64,000 bases of DNA from Eledone cirrhosa (lineage: Eukaryota). The stretch lies in assembly GCA_964016885.1 (NCBI GenBank), contig OZ024744.1, positions 44,392,001-44,456,000 on the forward strand. The letters run 5' to 3'. Below are positions 16,457-33,779 of this stretch, piece after piece (position 1 is the first letter of the stretch; each line of letters begins with the position of its first letter). Both the position numbers and the translations under genes were made by a program. Below the pieces are notes generated by a model. The model worked only from the letters and a program-made list of their open reading frames with translations. It had not been told where the DNA came from and did no database searches.

Positions 16457-16464
<8 letters not shown>
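14073..16464 (+). mobile_element. Penelope-like element 1: 5'-truncated, RT + GIY-YIG with one frameshift, 3' pLTR and inverted 5' pLTR fragment
   Basis: RT motifs PVLYGLRKDHK, GSMDVVSLYPSI, GAAIGVSIAGDIANLF, YSRYVDD, LPVLD (14174-~15370). Cys-rich linker and NVVYSIRC/VYIGET..ERINEH GIY-YIG motifs run to 16062. An HHR follows, and (TA)n flanks both sides. Confidence 0.93.
16264..16306 (+). ncRNA. Minimal hammerhead ribozyme in the PLE1 pLTR
   Basis: gtca-CTGAAGA-g-gtcac/ggaatgt/gtgac-GAAA-gaac-TT-tgac. Stem I is gtca/tgac and stem II is gtcac/gtgac. Confidence 0.8.
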
Positions 16465-16517
<53 letters not shown>

Positions 16518-16673
16518 TATTGAAGTTTCCGTTGAAAACAGAAAAAGTCATAGGAGTGAAGAGTGCTCTATGTAAGTACCAGACCAAAATTTTATATATA
16601 TATATATATTTATATTAATAAGAGGAATTCCAACTTTGTCTGATTTACTCGTTTTATTTACAATCCTTTAAAA

Positions 16674-16926
16674 TTTATAATGGTATTATAATGAAACAGT
16701 ATGATAGAATATTAAATGTTAAGTGTTAATTAAACAAGTACTTTCATGCTTTCGCAATCTTCAGCTTCATAAGGTGTGGTGAGTCAAGTTTGCAATTTTC
16801 AATTGCAATTTTGACTGTCACCACACATTATGAACCTGAAGATTGCGAAAGCATGAAAGTACTTGTTCAATTAACACTTAACATTTAATATTCTATCATA
16901 CTATTTCATTATAATACCATTATAAA
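16674..16926. repeat. ~250-bp palindrome with an HHR motif in each arm (inverted pLTR remnant)
   Basis: The arms are reverse complements. + arm 16832-16868: gaac-CTGAAGA-ttgc gaaa gcat-GAAA-gtac-TT-gttc. A mirror copy lies on - at ~16733-16768. Confidence 0.85.
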
Positions 16927-16939
16927 AATAAAAAAATAC

Positions 16940-18878
16940 TGGTGTGTATAAGTATAAGGAGACGTGGTTTGTGTGTATAATATTTAATTAACAATTTGTG
17001 GATATATAGAACAGTATAGTTGACATGTCAATGAATAGATGAGAGAATGAAGCAAAGTTATTAGTTACCGTTTTGGTTGCCAGGCGAACGCGCCTGGCAG
17101 AAGACGGCTGGCGAAGGCCAGGAGCCGGAAAGGCAATTGAGAGAGAGGGAACTTAAAGTTGTTAGTTTTATAGGGTTCTGACCGGAAGTTACAGAAAGGG
17201 TTCTACTTCCTGTCTAGAGAGCGTTAATCTATTGGGGACGTGATTGTCACAACAAGGGAGGCAACTCCTGCTGCATTATCTCCCGCGAGATTTTTAAGAT
17301 ATAAAAATCGAATGAAATATGTATGTATTAAGTTGGCGAGAATGTTGTAACAGGCATGAAAATTACGAAAAAAACTAATGTTTGCAATAATCAATGATAG
17401 ATATCAAGGTAGCCAACCGCTCTTGGCCAGAGAACGACTGGACATCTATCTATCCATCACCCAAAGATACAATGTAATGAAAGTAAGAGAAGAGCTCAAA
17501 GTTCAAATGTTCAAAATACAGTTCACAGGTGTGCAATCACATGACAGCAGGAAAGAAAGTGTGTTCCAGAGAATGAATGCAGGCGGTTTCTGTTCTGTGG
17601 TATAACGTGAAATTTCCAACCTCCGAATGGATTTTCTCACAGGAAGAGTGCTGCAAAAATAAATTCTCTGGCTTGTTCTGCTGGTTTTGGTTGTTGATGA
17701 AGCTGTGTTGCTGTTAATGTTGTTGTCTCGCGGAGTGAGCGTATTCGATGTTTAAATTCACAGTAAACATTTTTTGTTTAGAAAAAATGAGTTGCGCAAA
17801 GTGCTAGAAATAACAGCCGAAGTTGATGGTCGATGTTGAGAATGCGTTGACCTGGAAGTGTCAAGAGGCCAGCGACCAAAGAAATAAGCATTCTGAATAA
17901 ATGCGCAGTTTTCAACGGCAAATTTACGTGGTAAATTTTTAAACCGGCAAATAGGAGAATATAGCTTAAGGCTGGAGAATCCTTGGCGAGAAACGTTATC
18001 TCATGGCGTGCGGCTATCTCAGTGAATCGAGAATTGTGCAGCCTACACGTGCCAATACAAGGTTAAGTTGAAAAAAAAATATATTTCTATTGCGCGAGAA
18101 AATGGCGCGAAAATGGTAGTGCAACAGGTCGTTGGCAGCCATTTTGAAAAAAATGTGTGTGTGAAAGTGACAATGATGAAAGAGAAAGAAAGGCTTCACT
18201 TAGTATAACAAATATGGCGAGTTCAATTTTTTTTTTTTTTGGTGTGAACTTTGAAAAAAAACTTGAACGATGAAGAAAAAAAGGCAATGGTTGAGATTCA
18301 TCGAAAATAAATGTTCCTGTAGAAATGTTAAAAAAAAATAAATCAAATTTCTTTTTTATTGTTTGTTTTTAAAGTGTTCGTTGTAAGAAACGAGAAACAT
18401 ATATATATATACAGTGAACTGCGACAGTTAGTGGATGCGTGAGGGAAAAAGAGTCTGTCTGAACGAAAATTTCACATGTGCGTGTTCGTTTCTTTGACTG
18501 CGTATTTTCATAGTTTGTCAATAAAATTTTGCTGCGTATTCGTAATGTTCGAAAATTTCACATGTGCGTGTTCGTTTCTTTGACTGTGTATTTTCATAGT
18601 TTGTCAATAAAATTGAGCTGCATATTCGTAATGTTACTCACACAACACCAGATTCTGCTATGTTTTTCTTTTTTCGGAGTCACCACTTATAACAATATAC
18701 TAGTGTGTATGAATATAACAAAGACGATTGGTTTGTGTGTATAATATTTAATTAACAATTTGTGGATATATAGAACAGTATAGTTGACAAATCAATGAAT
18801 AGATGAGAAAATGAAGCAAAGTTATTAGTTACCGTTTTGGTTGCCAGGCGAACGCGCCTAGCAGAAGACGGCTGGCGT
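16940..18878 (+). mobile_element. Putative non-autonomous Helitron-like element with a duplicated ~175-bp terminal segment
   Basis: Direct repeat 16940-17113 vs 18701-18877 (offset ~1764). Each copy ends in the GC hairpin tgccaggcg-aacg-cgcct(g/a)gca followed by ...ggCTGG. Internal 86-bp tandem duplication at 18464-18635. Confidence 0.4.
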
Positions 18879-18879
18879 G

Positions 18880-18980
<101 letters not shown>

Positions 18981-19376
18981 ACATAATAGTACCACTGATG
19001 ATGTTTAAGACGTGCAACAAAAGAACTTTCTTAGACTATATATATATATTTATATCTGTATTTTTAACCGTTAGTCAATCAATGATAAACGTTTATTGCA
19101 AAATAAATTAACTATGGAGATATAAAAGATACAGAAGCGAAAACCAAGTGTGTTGTATCACTCATCATCAGTACAGGCTCATATAGTGAACGGTGAGCTG
19201 TACTGATGAAGGATGATATCCAAAAACATTAGTGTCAGCAGTTCTGTTCGCATGCCAACACAAGAGCAAGAATGAAGTGTTCATTCTACTGACATGGCTA
19301 TAAAATTGAGGGTCGTTTGCATAATCGCAAACGTATCGAATGTTATTATTAATATTCGAAAAACTCAGATTACATT

Positions 19377-19509
<133 letters not shown>

Positions 19510-19870
19510 AGCTAATTTTAGGTTTAATCAATACTTATAAGTGTTACAATAGTGTTTCTCAGTACAAAGTTCAATAAACTTCTGTTCAGAACATCTATAA
19601 TATAAATATAAACGATAACAGGATATATTAATAGAGTAACAAGTTAATATTTTGTACATATATACAGAAATATAAGATGTAACTTTAAATACATATTCCT
19701 AGATCTTATATAGGAGTATGTATTTAAATTTACATATTATTTCTTCTGTATACATGAACAAAATATCGGCTTGTTTCTCAATTAATATATGCTGTTATAT
19801 ATAGTTTATACTAATACATATATATATATAAGCACACATGTATACGTATGTATTAGCTTGTATAAATATG

Positions 19871-19977
<107 letters not shown>

Positions 19978-20172
19978 ATCTTAAGGTTTGTTGGTTCACC
20001 ACTGGATAGAATGGTCATTCCGTATGGTCAATCCTGGTGTAATATTGTGAAGAGTATTCAACGCAGTGCAGTTCACCCATCTTCATTTGTGTAGTTGGTG
20101 GTGCGAATACGGGGTTAATTATAAATGAAATAACAGGAGGCTGGACTGGTGTAAAACCTTGAAAGGTTTATT

Positions 20173-20214
20173 ATACTATGATCATTTCAATAACCGGGTG
20201 ATATCATCAGGTAT
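20173..20214 (-). ncRNA. Minimal HHR motif (imperfect stem II)
   Basis: Minus strand: atac-CTGATGA-tatcacccggttatt-GAAA-tgatca-TA-gtat, with a palindromic helix III. Confidence 0.6.
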
Positions 20215-20376
20215 TGGAATATAACAAAGGAATATGTAAAAAGCCATAGGTCCGAAAAACCATGGGTCCGGGAAACCAGAGACAGACCAACCGGGAAACT
20301 GACCAACTAGCTTCGCAGCCAGCCGCCCTCAAAGTGTTGGCAACCGAAAACTACCAGTCCAGCCTACTGTTATTTC

Positions 20377-20444
<68 letters not shown>

Positions 20445-20449
<5 letters not shown>

Positions 20450-21486
20450 TTTAGCGAGGTTTTTGATATAAAATCGTGTGTCGAAACAAATATTGTTATA
20501 CTTGGGGAGGGTCATATTTGTGTAATATTGGCAGAATTAATAACAGAACACACTCACTGTTTGTTTGGTTTTCGCTTCTGTGTCTTTTATATCGATAATC
20601 TAATTTATTCGGTCCTCAATGTTGCCATTGACTGACCAACGGTAAAAAAAATTGTTTCTACTTTAGGCACAAGGCCAGCAATTACCCAGTGCATTACTGG
20701 TACTTTTATTTTATCGACCCCGTAAGGATGAAAGGCAAAGTCAACTTCGGCGGGATTTGAACTCAGATCGTAAGAGGATGTAACTATGTTGGAAAGCATG
20801 GCGTCCGACCCTCTACCGATACTGCCAATCCACTAAAAAAATAATACAGATACAATATAGACACAAACACATATATATATATAGTTTATCAAAGCTCTTT
20901 CGTTGCACATCTGCAACATCGTCAATGGTGCTATTGTTTCCTCCCGTTGCATTGTATTTTCTACACCATCTTTATTTAGTCTGTTTATATATTTATTTAT
21001 TTGTTTATTTTATTTTGTCTTCTTTGCGCATGCGTTTGCGTGTGTGTATAGTGTTTTGTTTGATGTGTGTTCGTGATTGGGTGACTGTGTATTGTTTAAT
21101 GTATTCTATCTTTACTACTGTGTGTTTATATGTGTTTGTTGTTATTGTGCTTGTGTATGTATTTATTTATTTATTTATCTATTTATTTATTTATTTATTT
21201 ATACTTCTCTTAGGTCAGTGTTGTTTGTTTGGGTGTTGTTGTTATGAATGGAATAACAACAACACCGAAACAAACAACACTGACCTAAGAGAAGTATAAA
21301 TAAATAAATAAATAGATAAATAAATAAATACATACACAAGCACAATAACAACAAACACATAGAAACACACACTAGTAAAGATAGAATACATTAACAAATA
21401 CACAGTCACCCAATCACGAACACACATCTATACACACACGCAAACGCATGCACAAAGAAGACAAAATAAAATAAACAAATAAATAA
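20445..21486 (-). mobile_element. PLE1-related pLTR remnant folded back into a ~500-bp palindrome (20992-21486), interrupted by a SINE
   Basis: The palindrome centre encodes YEWNNNN (cf. PLE1 C-terminus KYEWNSN). HHR on - at ~20887-20928 (TTGACGA-t-gttgca/tgcaac-GAAA-gagc-TT-tga). An ORF start MTLPKYNNICFDTRF begins at 20515 (-). Confidence 0.8.
20651..20833 (-). mobile_element. tRNA-derived SINE (OK-like, Nin-like core)
   Basis: A box tggcagtatcgg, B box gagttcaaatcc, core gcctttcatccttacggggtcgataaa. Several near-identical copies occur in the window. Confidence 0.88.
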
Positions 21487-21488
21487 GT

Positions 21489-21550
21489 AAAAACCACCAG
21501 TGTATGGAATCTATAACCTAGGTTATAGATTCCATACACTGGTGGTTTTT
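21489..21550. repeat. Perfect 62-bp palindrome heading a repeat also found inverted at ~38088-38245
   Basis: aaaaaccaccagtgtatggaatctataacct|aggttatagattccatacactggtggttttt. Confidence 0.9.
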
Positions 21551-21939
21551 TCCCTGTTTTATTGATAGTGCACTGTATATCTCTCGCTGGTGTGTTACCT
21601 TTTCAACATATTGTATTTTAAAGAGCTCAGGATTTCTTCTCCTTTGAGTACATTATTTAGAGGGAATGGCGAAGGCCTATGTCTCCGTTAATTTATCGTG
21701 ATATATACATATATATATATTTATATATATAATAAGGGAGACGGTTTAAATACGTACATCTTCAACATATGTATTATATAATAAAATGAATTTGTTCAAA
21801 TTAAGCCTCTCACTTATTATCTCGAAACTCCAATTGATACCTTACCGAGAAAATCCTAAGGAATACAAATCGTTGAGTGCTTTATGTCTGTTTACGAAAA
21901 TGTCAGTTGATTATTTGATCAACTGACTTTCAGCAACTG

Positions 21940-21988
<49 letters not shown>

Positions 21989-22289
21989 ATACAGAAATGG
22001 CTTCTAGATGACTAGAACTGTTTCATTCGAAGGAAATGTTTGTAGTGCTGTAGAAGCCATGTCTATATTAAATATATATACTCTACTATGTATTGAGTAC
22101 CTTACTTACTGTGGTTACCCCAGATTGAAACCGGAGCACACACACACACACACACACACATGCACACGCATACACACACATACACATGCACACACACGCA
22201 CGCACGCGCGCACACATAAACACACACACATATATATATATATAAGAAGTGTAAATCAACAGGGTAAAATTAGTTCCGTTTATTCACAT

Positions 22290-22352
22290 TTGCTGCTATA
22301 TATATTTCAGTGATAGACATTATTCAACAGCTATGACCTCATCAGGCAGTAA
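22290..22352 (-). ncRNA. Hammerhead ribozyme motif in the protease intron (antisense to the gene)
   Basis: ttactgc-CTGATGA-long stem II-GAAA-tatata-TA-gcagcaa. Confidence 0.75.
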
Positions 22353-22671
22353 GAATTTAAGATGTGCCCAGATCCTGGGTGTGTTGTTAGTCATCTAAGG
22401 AACTGGAAGCATATTATTAAGAATGAACGAATTTCAGCATCCAAAGGATATGCCCGCCACCTCATTTGTCAGATATCATACCCCAGCCCCGCCAGCAGCC
22501 GAAAGTCTACTGAAATTCTTCAGAAAGAGGTCAAATTAAAAGTGGTTAAGACGATGTTACTTTTCCATAATTGCTTTATTGCTTGATATATATTTCTGTT
22601 ACCATGGTTATTGATGTGTGTCTGTGTGTATCTATATAAAGATTACATGTAAGAAACTATTCTTATTCCAG

Positions 22672-22817
22672 GGCAACAAAATTCTCCAAATGATCTACAG
22701 AAAGTTGAACTTCAGGCAATCCCCTTTAAAACGTGTGTCAAACAATCTAATATGACTATTGCGGAAGGTGTCTTTTGTGCAGGTGACTTTATATTTGGAG
22801 GAGCCAGTACCTGCCAG
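22672..22817 (+). CDS. S1 serine protease, penultimate exon (copy A)
   Basis: ttccAG| ... |GTAATG. Translates (W)QQNSPNDLQKVELQAIPFKTCVKQSNMTIAEGVFCAGDFIFGGASTCQ. Confidence 0.95.
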
Positions 22818-22934
22818 GTAATGATATACTTATACACTCCACATACAAACACACACATGCAGGCATATACGACAACTCACTCGATGGATCAATGCAATAC
22901 ATAGACCCTGGCATTCCAATTTCAAATTAGCCCT

Positions 22935-23725
22935 TAAACTTCTGTAATGCACCTCTCTGTAGTGTGTACCTTACATGGCTATATAGAGGTCTTTAAGGGT
23001 CTGTAATGAACCCTTCTGAGGTATTTGCCATAGATGGCTGTCTTGTTGGACTTTAAGGATCTGTAATGCACCCCTTCTGAGGTCTGTATCGTAGATGGCT
23101 ATATAGTAGGACTTTATGGGTCTGTAATGGACCCCCTCTCAGGTCTGTGCCATAGATGGCTATATAGATGGACTTTAAGGGTCTGTAATGCACCCCTTCT
23201 GAGGTCTGTACCGTAGATGGCTATATAGTAGGACTTTAAGGGTCTGTAATGGACCCCCTCTCAGGTCTGTGCCATAGATGGCTATATAGTTGGACTTTAA
23301 GGGTCTGTAATGGACCCTTTTGAAGTCTGTGCCATAGATGGCTATATTATGGGATTTTAAGGGTCTGTAATGAACCCTTCTGAGGTCTGTACCTTAGATG
23401 GCTATATAGTAGGACTTTAATGGTCTGGAATGGACCCTTTTCAGATCTGTACCTTAGATGGCTATATAGTTGGACTTTAAGGGTCTGTAATGACCCCCTC
23501 TCAGGTCTGTGCCGTAGATGACTATATAGTTGGACTTTAAGGGTTTGTAATGGATCCTTCTCAGGTCTGTACACTAAATGGTTACCTTTTTGGACTTTAA
23601 GGGTCTGTAATGAGCACCTCTTGTTTCTTTCCACTAAATGGTTACCTTTCGGAGCTTTTAGGGTCTGTAATGAGCCACTTTTAGGTCTGTGCCCTAAATA
23701 GCTGCCTTCTTGGTCTTTAATTGTA
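22935..23725. repeat. 60/61-bp minisatellite in the last intron (~13 copies)
   Basis: Unit ~gggtctgtaatggaccccctctcaggtctgtgccatagatggctatatagttggactttaa. Confidence 0.92.
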
Positions 23726-23783
23726 GCGCTGTTCCTGGGTGTACCTATATCTTTTCATTGTTGTTTTTCTTTGATAATTCCAG

Positions 23784-23942
23784 GGAGATTCTGGTGGACC
23801 TTTGTACTGTCCCAGTAAAATAACTGGACAAAAGGTGTTGGCTGGAGTGACATCTTTCGGTATTAAATGCAACCATGAAATCAGTGCCTTTAGTAATGTC
23901 GCCTATTTCCGAAGATGGATAGATAATCACCTTGAAACCTGA
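23784..23942 (+). CDS. S1 serine protease, last exon with catalytic Ser195 (copy A)
   Basis: ttccAG|, then GDSGGPLYCPSKITGQKVLAGVTSFGIKCNHEISAFSNVAYFRRWIDNHLET-TGA. Confidence 0.96.
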   Translation, partial: GDSGGPLYCPSKITGQKVLAGVTSFGIKCNHEISAFSNVAYFRRWIDNHLET

Positions 23943-23974
23943 CATATGGTATTGTTGAAGTCTTGAGGATATTA

Positions 23975-24222
23975 TTACATAAAATATTGATTAATTGATA
24001 ATGAAATAAAATATTGATTAATGGATAATGAAATAAAATACTGATTAATGGATAATGAAATAAAATACTGATTAATGGATAATGAAATAAAATACTGATT
24101 AATGGATAATGAAATAAAATACTGATTAATGGATAATGAAATAAAATACTGATTAATGGATAATGAAATAAAATACTGATTAATGGATAATGAAATAAAA
24201 TACTGATTAATGGATAATGAAA
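23975..24222 (+). repeat. 27-bp tandem repeat in the 3' UTR with AATAAA in each full unit
   Basis: ~9 units of aatggataatgaAATAAAatactgatt starting ~30 nt after the stop codon. Confidence 0.9.
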
Positions 24223-24292
24223 TGTTGTTGTCTTTTCTTATTTTCTGCAATTTTAAAGGAAAGGATTTGATAGTTAGGTAATTGTATGGTTA

Positions 24293-24661
24293 TGTAGTAC
24301 AATTCAACATCGATACCCCAGTGATATGGGCCCGAGCAGTGTGTGGAAGTGTGGGAGCCCATGTACAGGCCACTTTGTGGTCCTAACAGAGGAGAACAGA
24401 GAAAACGTGACCCTGGAGGGTGGTGAAGGAGGCAACATTAAAAGAACATTCCAACTGGCGGCGAGGTTTATGCATGAGGTTGGGTAACTCAGCCGTGATA
24501 GCAGGAAATAGGGAGATGGTCAGGAGATCCAAGAACACCAGAAGTCTCAACTGCTACAGGTTTGACAACAAACTTATGAGAGAGCAACCGATACTTCCAC
24601 AAGTTGCGATCCTCGGCTTGTCGGCCAATAAAATCTGGGACTGCTACCTTGGACTACAACA
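24293..24661 (+). mobile_element. Solo LTR, 369 bp
   Basis: TG...CA ends (tgtagtac...ctacaaca), 5-bp TSD GGTTA (24288-24292, 24662-24666), AATAAA at 24627. Confidence 0.8.
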
Positions 24662-24977
24662 GGTTACCTCTGGAGAAGGTGCCATTGTACCTAAGTTATG
24701 GGGATGTACTGAATCATGTATACAATATATTCTGTATAAAGTTCTTTATTAGCCACTAAGGACGAAGCTTATTCTGTATATAATGATATAGTCTGTTAAT
24801 TATAATACTTTGAAACGAACAAAATGTCCACGCTTAACAAAGGTAAAATTATTGTGGGAGGTAGTGGTGGCACTGATGTTTTTATTTACTATTAACATCA
24901 AGCGTACTGAGCGAAGAGACAGGCTTCTCGTATGTATCACCCACACACCTGATATTATATATATATATATATAAATA

Positions 24978-25159
24978 ATTGTTTCTACTTTAGGCACAAG
25001 GCCAGCAATTACCCAGTGCATTACTGGTACTTTATTTTATCGACCCCGTAAGGACGAAAGGCAAAGTCAACCTCGGCGGGATTTGAACTCAGATCGTAAA
25101 GGGATGTAACTATGCTGGAAAGCGTGGCGTCCGACCCTCTACCGATACTGCCAATCCAC
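24978..25159 (-). mobile_element. tRNA-derived SINE (OK-like)
   Basis: Near-identical to 20651-20833. It is absent from the equivalent position in the inverted arm. Confidence 0.88.
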
Positions 25160-25349
25160 ATAAATAATATGACTACACCACCGCACATAATTTAAATAGG
25201 ACTGCACTTTTTAAAAAGGCAAATAATACAATCCTTCAAAGTAGAACACACAAGCACCCAAATCACCAACGTAAAAACAACAGTACACAAAATCACAATA
25301 CAACCCTAGCACCAAGCCACCCACAAAGCAACCTTCATTCTCCTGCTAT

Positions 25350-29890
<4,541 letters not shown>

Positions 29891-29910
29891 TGTTGTGTGG
29901 GGATGGTAGA

Positions 29911-32720
29911 CCACACAACATGGGAAATGCCATTATATATAATAATACCCATGAAAAAACATTCCAGAAAAATCATTTTTTAGACCAAGGCTACAGTACC
30001 CACGACACCCGGTGGCACCAACCGATTTTTGAAAAACCGAAAATAATCAACCTTTCAAATACAAAGCTTTCAGCCCAACAAGTTAAAATTCTCTCCAAAG
30101 GACTGAAATTCACACCAACACCACAATACTCTAACCTCAATGAGATAAATGACGATATCTCACACTTCTGTAGAAAATTACGTCTCACAGAGGAATTTTT
30201 TTGACAAGGAGAATAACGACCAATCAATTGTACGGAATAAAAGCAGCTACTTTCACATACCATGAACTTACACATAGCTACTTTCCCATACCATGAACTA
30301 CCGCACCCTAAACCCAAACCCAACACAAGTCGAAGGGAATGGGAGATTATCCATGAACTAAAAAACAATACGGACATTATAATTAAGGAAGCGGACAAGG
30401 GAAGTGCTGTTGTCATTATGGATGCTGAAAAATATAAACATTCTATGTTCTCTCTCTTACAAAATACTAACTACTATGAAAGAGTAAAAAACTACAAGCA
30501 ATCAAAAACGATGACCAGATTAAACACACTGATTTGTCGATACCAGGAAGACTTAACTAAAAAGAAACGCGATTATTTAATACATTTTGAATACAAAACC
30601 AGCAACCTTTACCGACTTCTGAAGATCCACAAGTGTAAAATAATTAACGATGCCTGTAAACAATCCACCTCATCCTGCGTGAACACACAATACCCCACAT
30701 ACCTTCAATTAAGACCAATTGTAGGGGGCCCACATTGTGAAACACACAGACTAAGCAACTTTATAGACATACTAAAACCAATTCTCAAACACATACCAAG
30801 CCTTGTAAGAGACGATCTGGACATCTTAAACCACCTCCCCAAACATGTCAACAACGACACTATTATTGTGTCTTTCGATGTAGTGAATCTCTATACAACT
30901 ATCCCACACCAATATGGACTAAAAGCAATAGGATTCTGGCTAGAGAAATATCCCAATGAGATACCTGACAGAATAGAAAAAAAGCTTCATCACCGAGGGA
31001 TTAAAATTTATCTTACAGAACAACTTTTTTATTTCGATGGTAGTACTTACAAGCAAATATCGGGGACTGCAATGGGTACAAAAGCCGCTCCAACTTATGC
31101 CAACTTAGTCATGGCATACTTAGAAGTTCAGATATATGAACAGTCCAAATCAAAATACGGATTGAACTTCCACAAATATTTATCAGAGAATTGGAAACGC
31201 TACTTGGATGATTGTCTCATTCTTTGGTCCCACACACTCGACGAACTGAATGATTTCAAAAATTTAATTAACGGCATCAATAACCACATCCAATTCACAA
31301 TGGAATACAGCCAAGATCAATTCCCATTTCTGGACATCTTAATCTTAAAAAAAGACACAAATATTGAAACTGACATACACTACAAACCAACAGATTTGAA
31401 ACAATACCTGCTATTCACCTCCAACCATCCAACAGCACACGAAGACGAACATCCCTTTTAGCCTAGCAAGAAGAATTTGCAGAATTGTCTCCAATTATGA
31501 AACGTGAAATAAAAGACTTTAAGAATTAAAGGAAATTCTACTCGAAAGACAGTACCCACCATTACTAATAAATAATGGAATAGAAAGGGCTAAAGCAATA
31601 GGCATTGATGAATTACGAAAACAGAAACAAATTAAAGGTACGTCCAATATTCTATCATATATCTCAACACACAACCCAAGAAATGCGGAAGCTTACCACA
31701 CTATTCACAAGAACATCCTCCTATTGAAACAAGACCCAAGATTGAAAAAAGCCCCTGAAACACACAAAATAATCAAAAGGTAAAGACAACCGAAATCACT
31801 AAAAACATTACTCACCAATGCCAAATTACCTACCACAAACCCACAACCAACGGTCAAAAAATGTGGTCGCTCTAACTGAGGAACCTACACTCACCTCATT
31901 AAAGGCAACACGTATACATTTCAATCAGGACAAAATTTTGCTGTAAAAAATCACTTCACTTGCTCATCAAAAAATCTAATTTATGCCATTAAATGTAAAG
32001 GATGCAATGAAGATTATATAGGACAAACTAAACTCACACTCAGAAACCGAATGACAGTTCATCGACAACAATTACGAGATCCAACCACGAGACAGATACC
32101 ACTAAGTGCACATCTAGACATATGCGCAAGTAATAAGACATCCAAATTCCAAGTCTTCCCATTTTACCTTTGCGCTGACAATACAACAGAACAAATACGA
32201 ATAAATAAGGAAAATATGTTTATTCAAAAATATAGACCAGCAATAAATATAGTTTAATATACATTATGTCAACACCATAACATGCTAACCATCCAAACAG
32301 ACACATACACACACACACATGACACCTGCTACTTTAGAAAATAAAAACCAGAACTAAATAAAACTTAACATACGTTAATACTCTAACACATTAACATGCT
32401 AACCACACACCCCCATACACATATAACTCCCTCCCCTATTTCTACTAACGCAATCATTTTCCTACACACACACACACACAAAATATATATATTCTCTTCA
32501 TCTTAACATACTAACCATACTCCCACACACACATAACACCCTCCCCCATTTCTACTAATAGAATCACTTTCCTACACACATACACACACACAATATATAT
32601 ATATTCTCTCCATCTTAACATACTCCCACACACACACATAACACCCGTACACACACACACAACTCCCTCCCCCATTTCTACTAATAGAATCATCTTCCTA
32701 CACACACACACACACACACA

Positions 32721-32790
<70 letters not shown>

Positions 32791-33475
32791 GCACACAAAT
32801 AAACATACATATCACTACTTTCTTTATTTCAATAGAAAGTCTGAATTCTGACACCCCAGCGAACCAGCCATATTCACTGAACCAGAACAATTCTCCCCAT
32901 CCCATTTCTCTTGACTATTATCTTTTGTTTGTCATCAAATTCTCTAAAAGGCTACAAAATAAATTCCCAAATACGGGCGCGAAATTTAATGAACTTGTTC
33001 ACGTGACAATCATAATTTCATTTATAACCAATCAAATTACATTTATAAAAAATAGCCTTCGTGAGCCACTTTTTTGAAGTAAAAAGAAATTCAAATAAAC
33101 TGGCGCGAAAGCTGATGTGCTTATTCACGTGACTGCATCAACCAACCAACTTCACTCATATATGAAAAAAACAACCTGAGCCCCCCCCCCTCTGTTTGAA
33201 GAACTCTGTAACGCGAACTGGCGCGAAATTTATTATACTTATTGACCAACCAATCAAATTACTTCTCTAAAAACCTGGCGTTTCGAGCCACTTTTTTCCA
33301 TATAAAACAAGTAACATTCAAAGACCAACCAGATGTGAGTAAAACCACAGACCCTCCATCTCAACTCTACTTTTGAAAAGCAGAAGAACTGCGAAACCGA
33401 TAAAGGAACCAAATAAATATATATTTTTTTAAAAATAAGACTCCAGTTGCATTTTCGATTTCATCTTTTTTCCTT
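29911..33475 (+). mobile_element. Penelope-like element 3, near full length, decayed, head-to-head with element 2
   Basis: IINLS..LSKGLKFTPTP, IKEADKGSAVVIMD, SFDVVNLYTTI, GTAMGTKAAPTYANL, RYLDDC, then a GIY-YIG domain (LIYAIKC..YIGQT..RNRMTVH) ending at 32257. 3' pLTR with an HHR variant. Confidence 0.93.
32960..33310 (+). promoter_or_regulatory. Candidate pLTR promoter: three degenerate ~120-bp modules with E2F-, E-box-, CCAAT- and CHR-like motifs plus TATA
   Basis: GGCGCGAAA at 32976, 33102 and 33220. TCACGTGA at 32999 and 33125. CCAATC at 33028 and 33250. TTTGAA at 33073 and 33195. TATAAAA at 33301. Confidence 0.45.
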
Positions 33476-33476
33476 A

Positions 33477-33571
<95 letters not shown>

Positions 33572-33779
33572 TAGTTAACTCCACTCCGAAAACATTATAT
33601 ATATATATATAATAATAATATTATTTATAATTATGTATACACTATATGCAACTATAAACATGAAAGGTCAGTAATTTATTACTACCTTATTATCAGTAAG
33701 AAAAATAGCTCAATGTAAATACATGAGATGTTTTACAGAGCCTGAATATAAGTTACACAATAATCGAGATATAACTCGA

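Noticed and set aside
18990-19245. CTGATGA motifs at ~18995 and ~19203, and similar ones at ~38390, ~42076 and ~47540
   Set aside because: The GAAA core or the stems are too degenerate to call as ribozymes.
23745-24250. ORFs antisense to the last exon and the 27-bp repeat (ISLSINQYF)n
   Set aside because: Shadow frames of the real exon and of a repeat whose length is a multiple of three.
24420-24752. 110-aa ORF present identically at 42513-42845
   Set aside because: It spans a solo LTR boundary. The identity reflects the recent duplication, and it has no recognisable motifs.
31860-31890. In-frame TGA aligned to a Cys of the PLE zinc-binding linker (CGRSN*GTY vs CGRPNCRIC), suggesting selenocysteine as in Naiad PLEs
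   Set aside because: This copy has other stops and frameshifts, the next Cys is also mutated, the endonuclease is C-terminal, and I saw no SECIS. A nonsense mutation is simpler.
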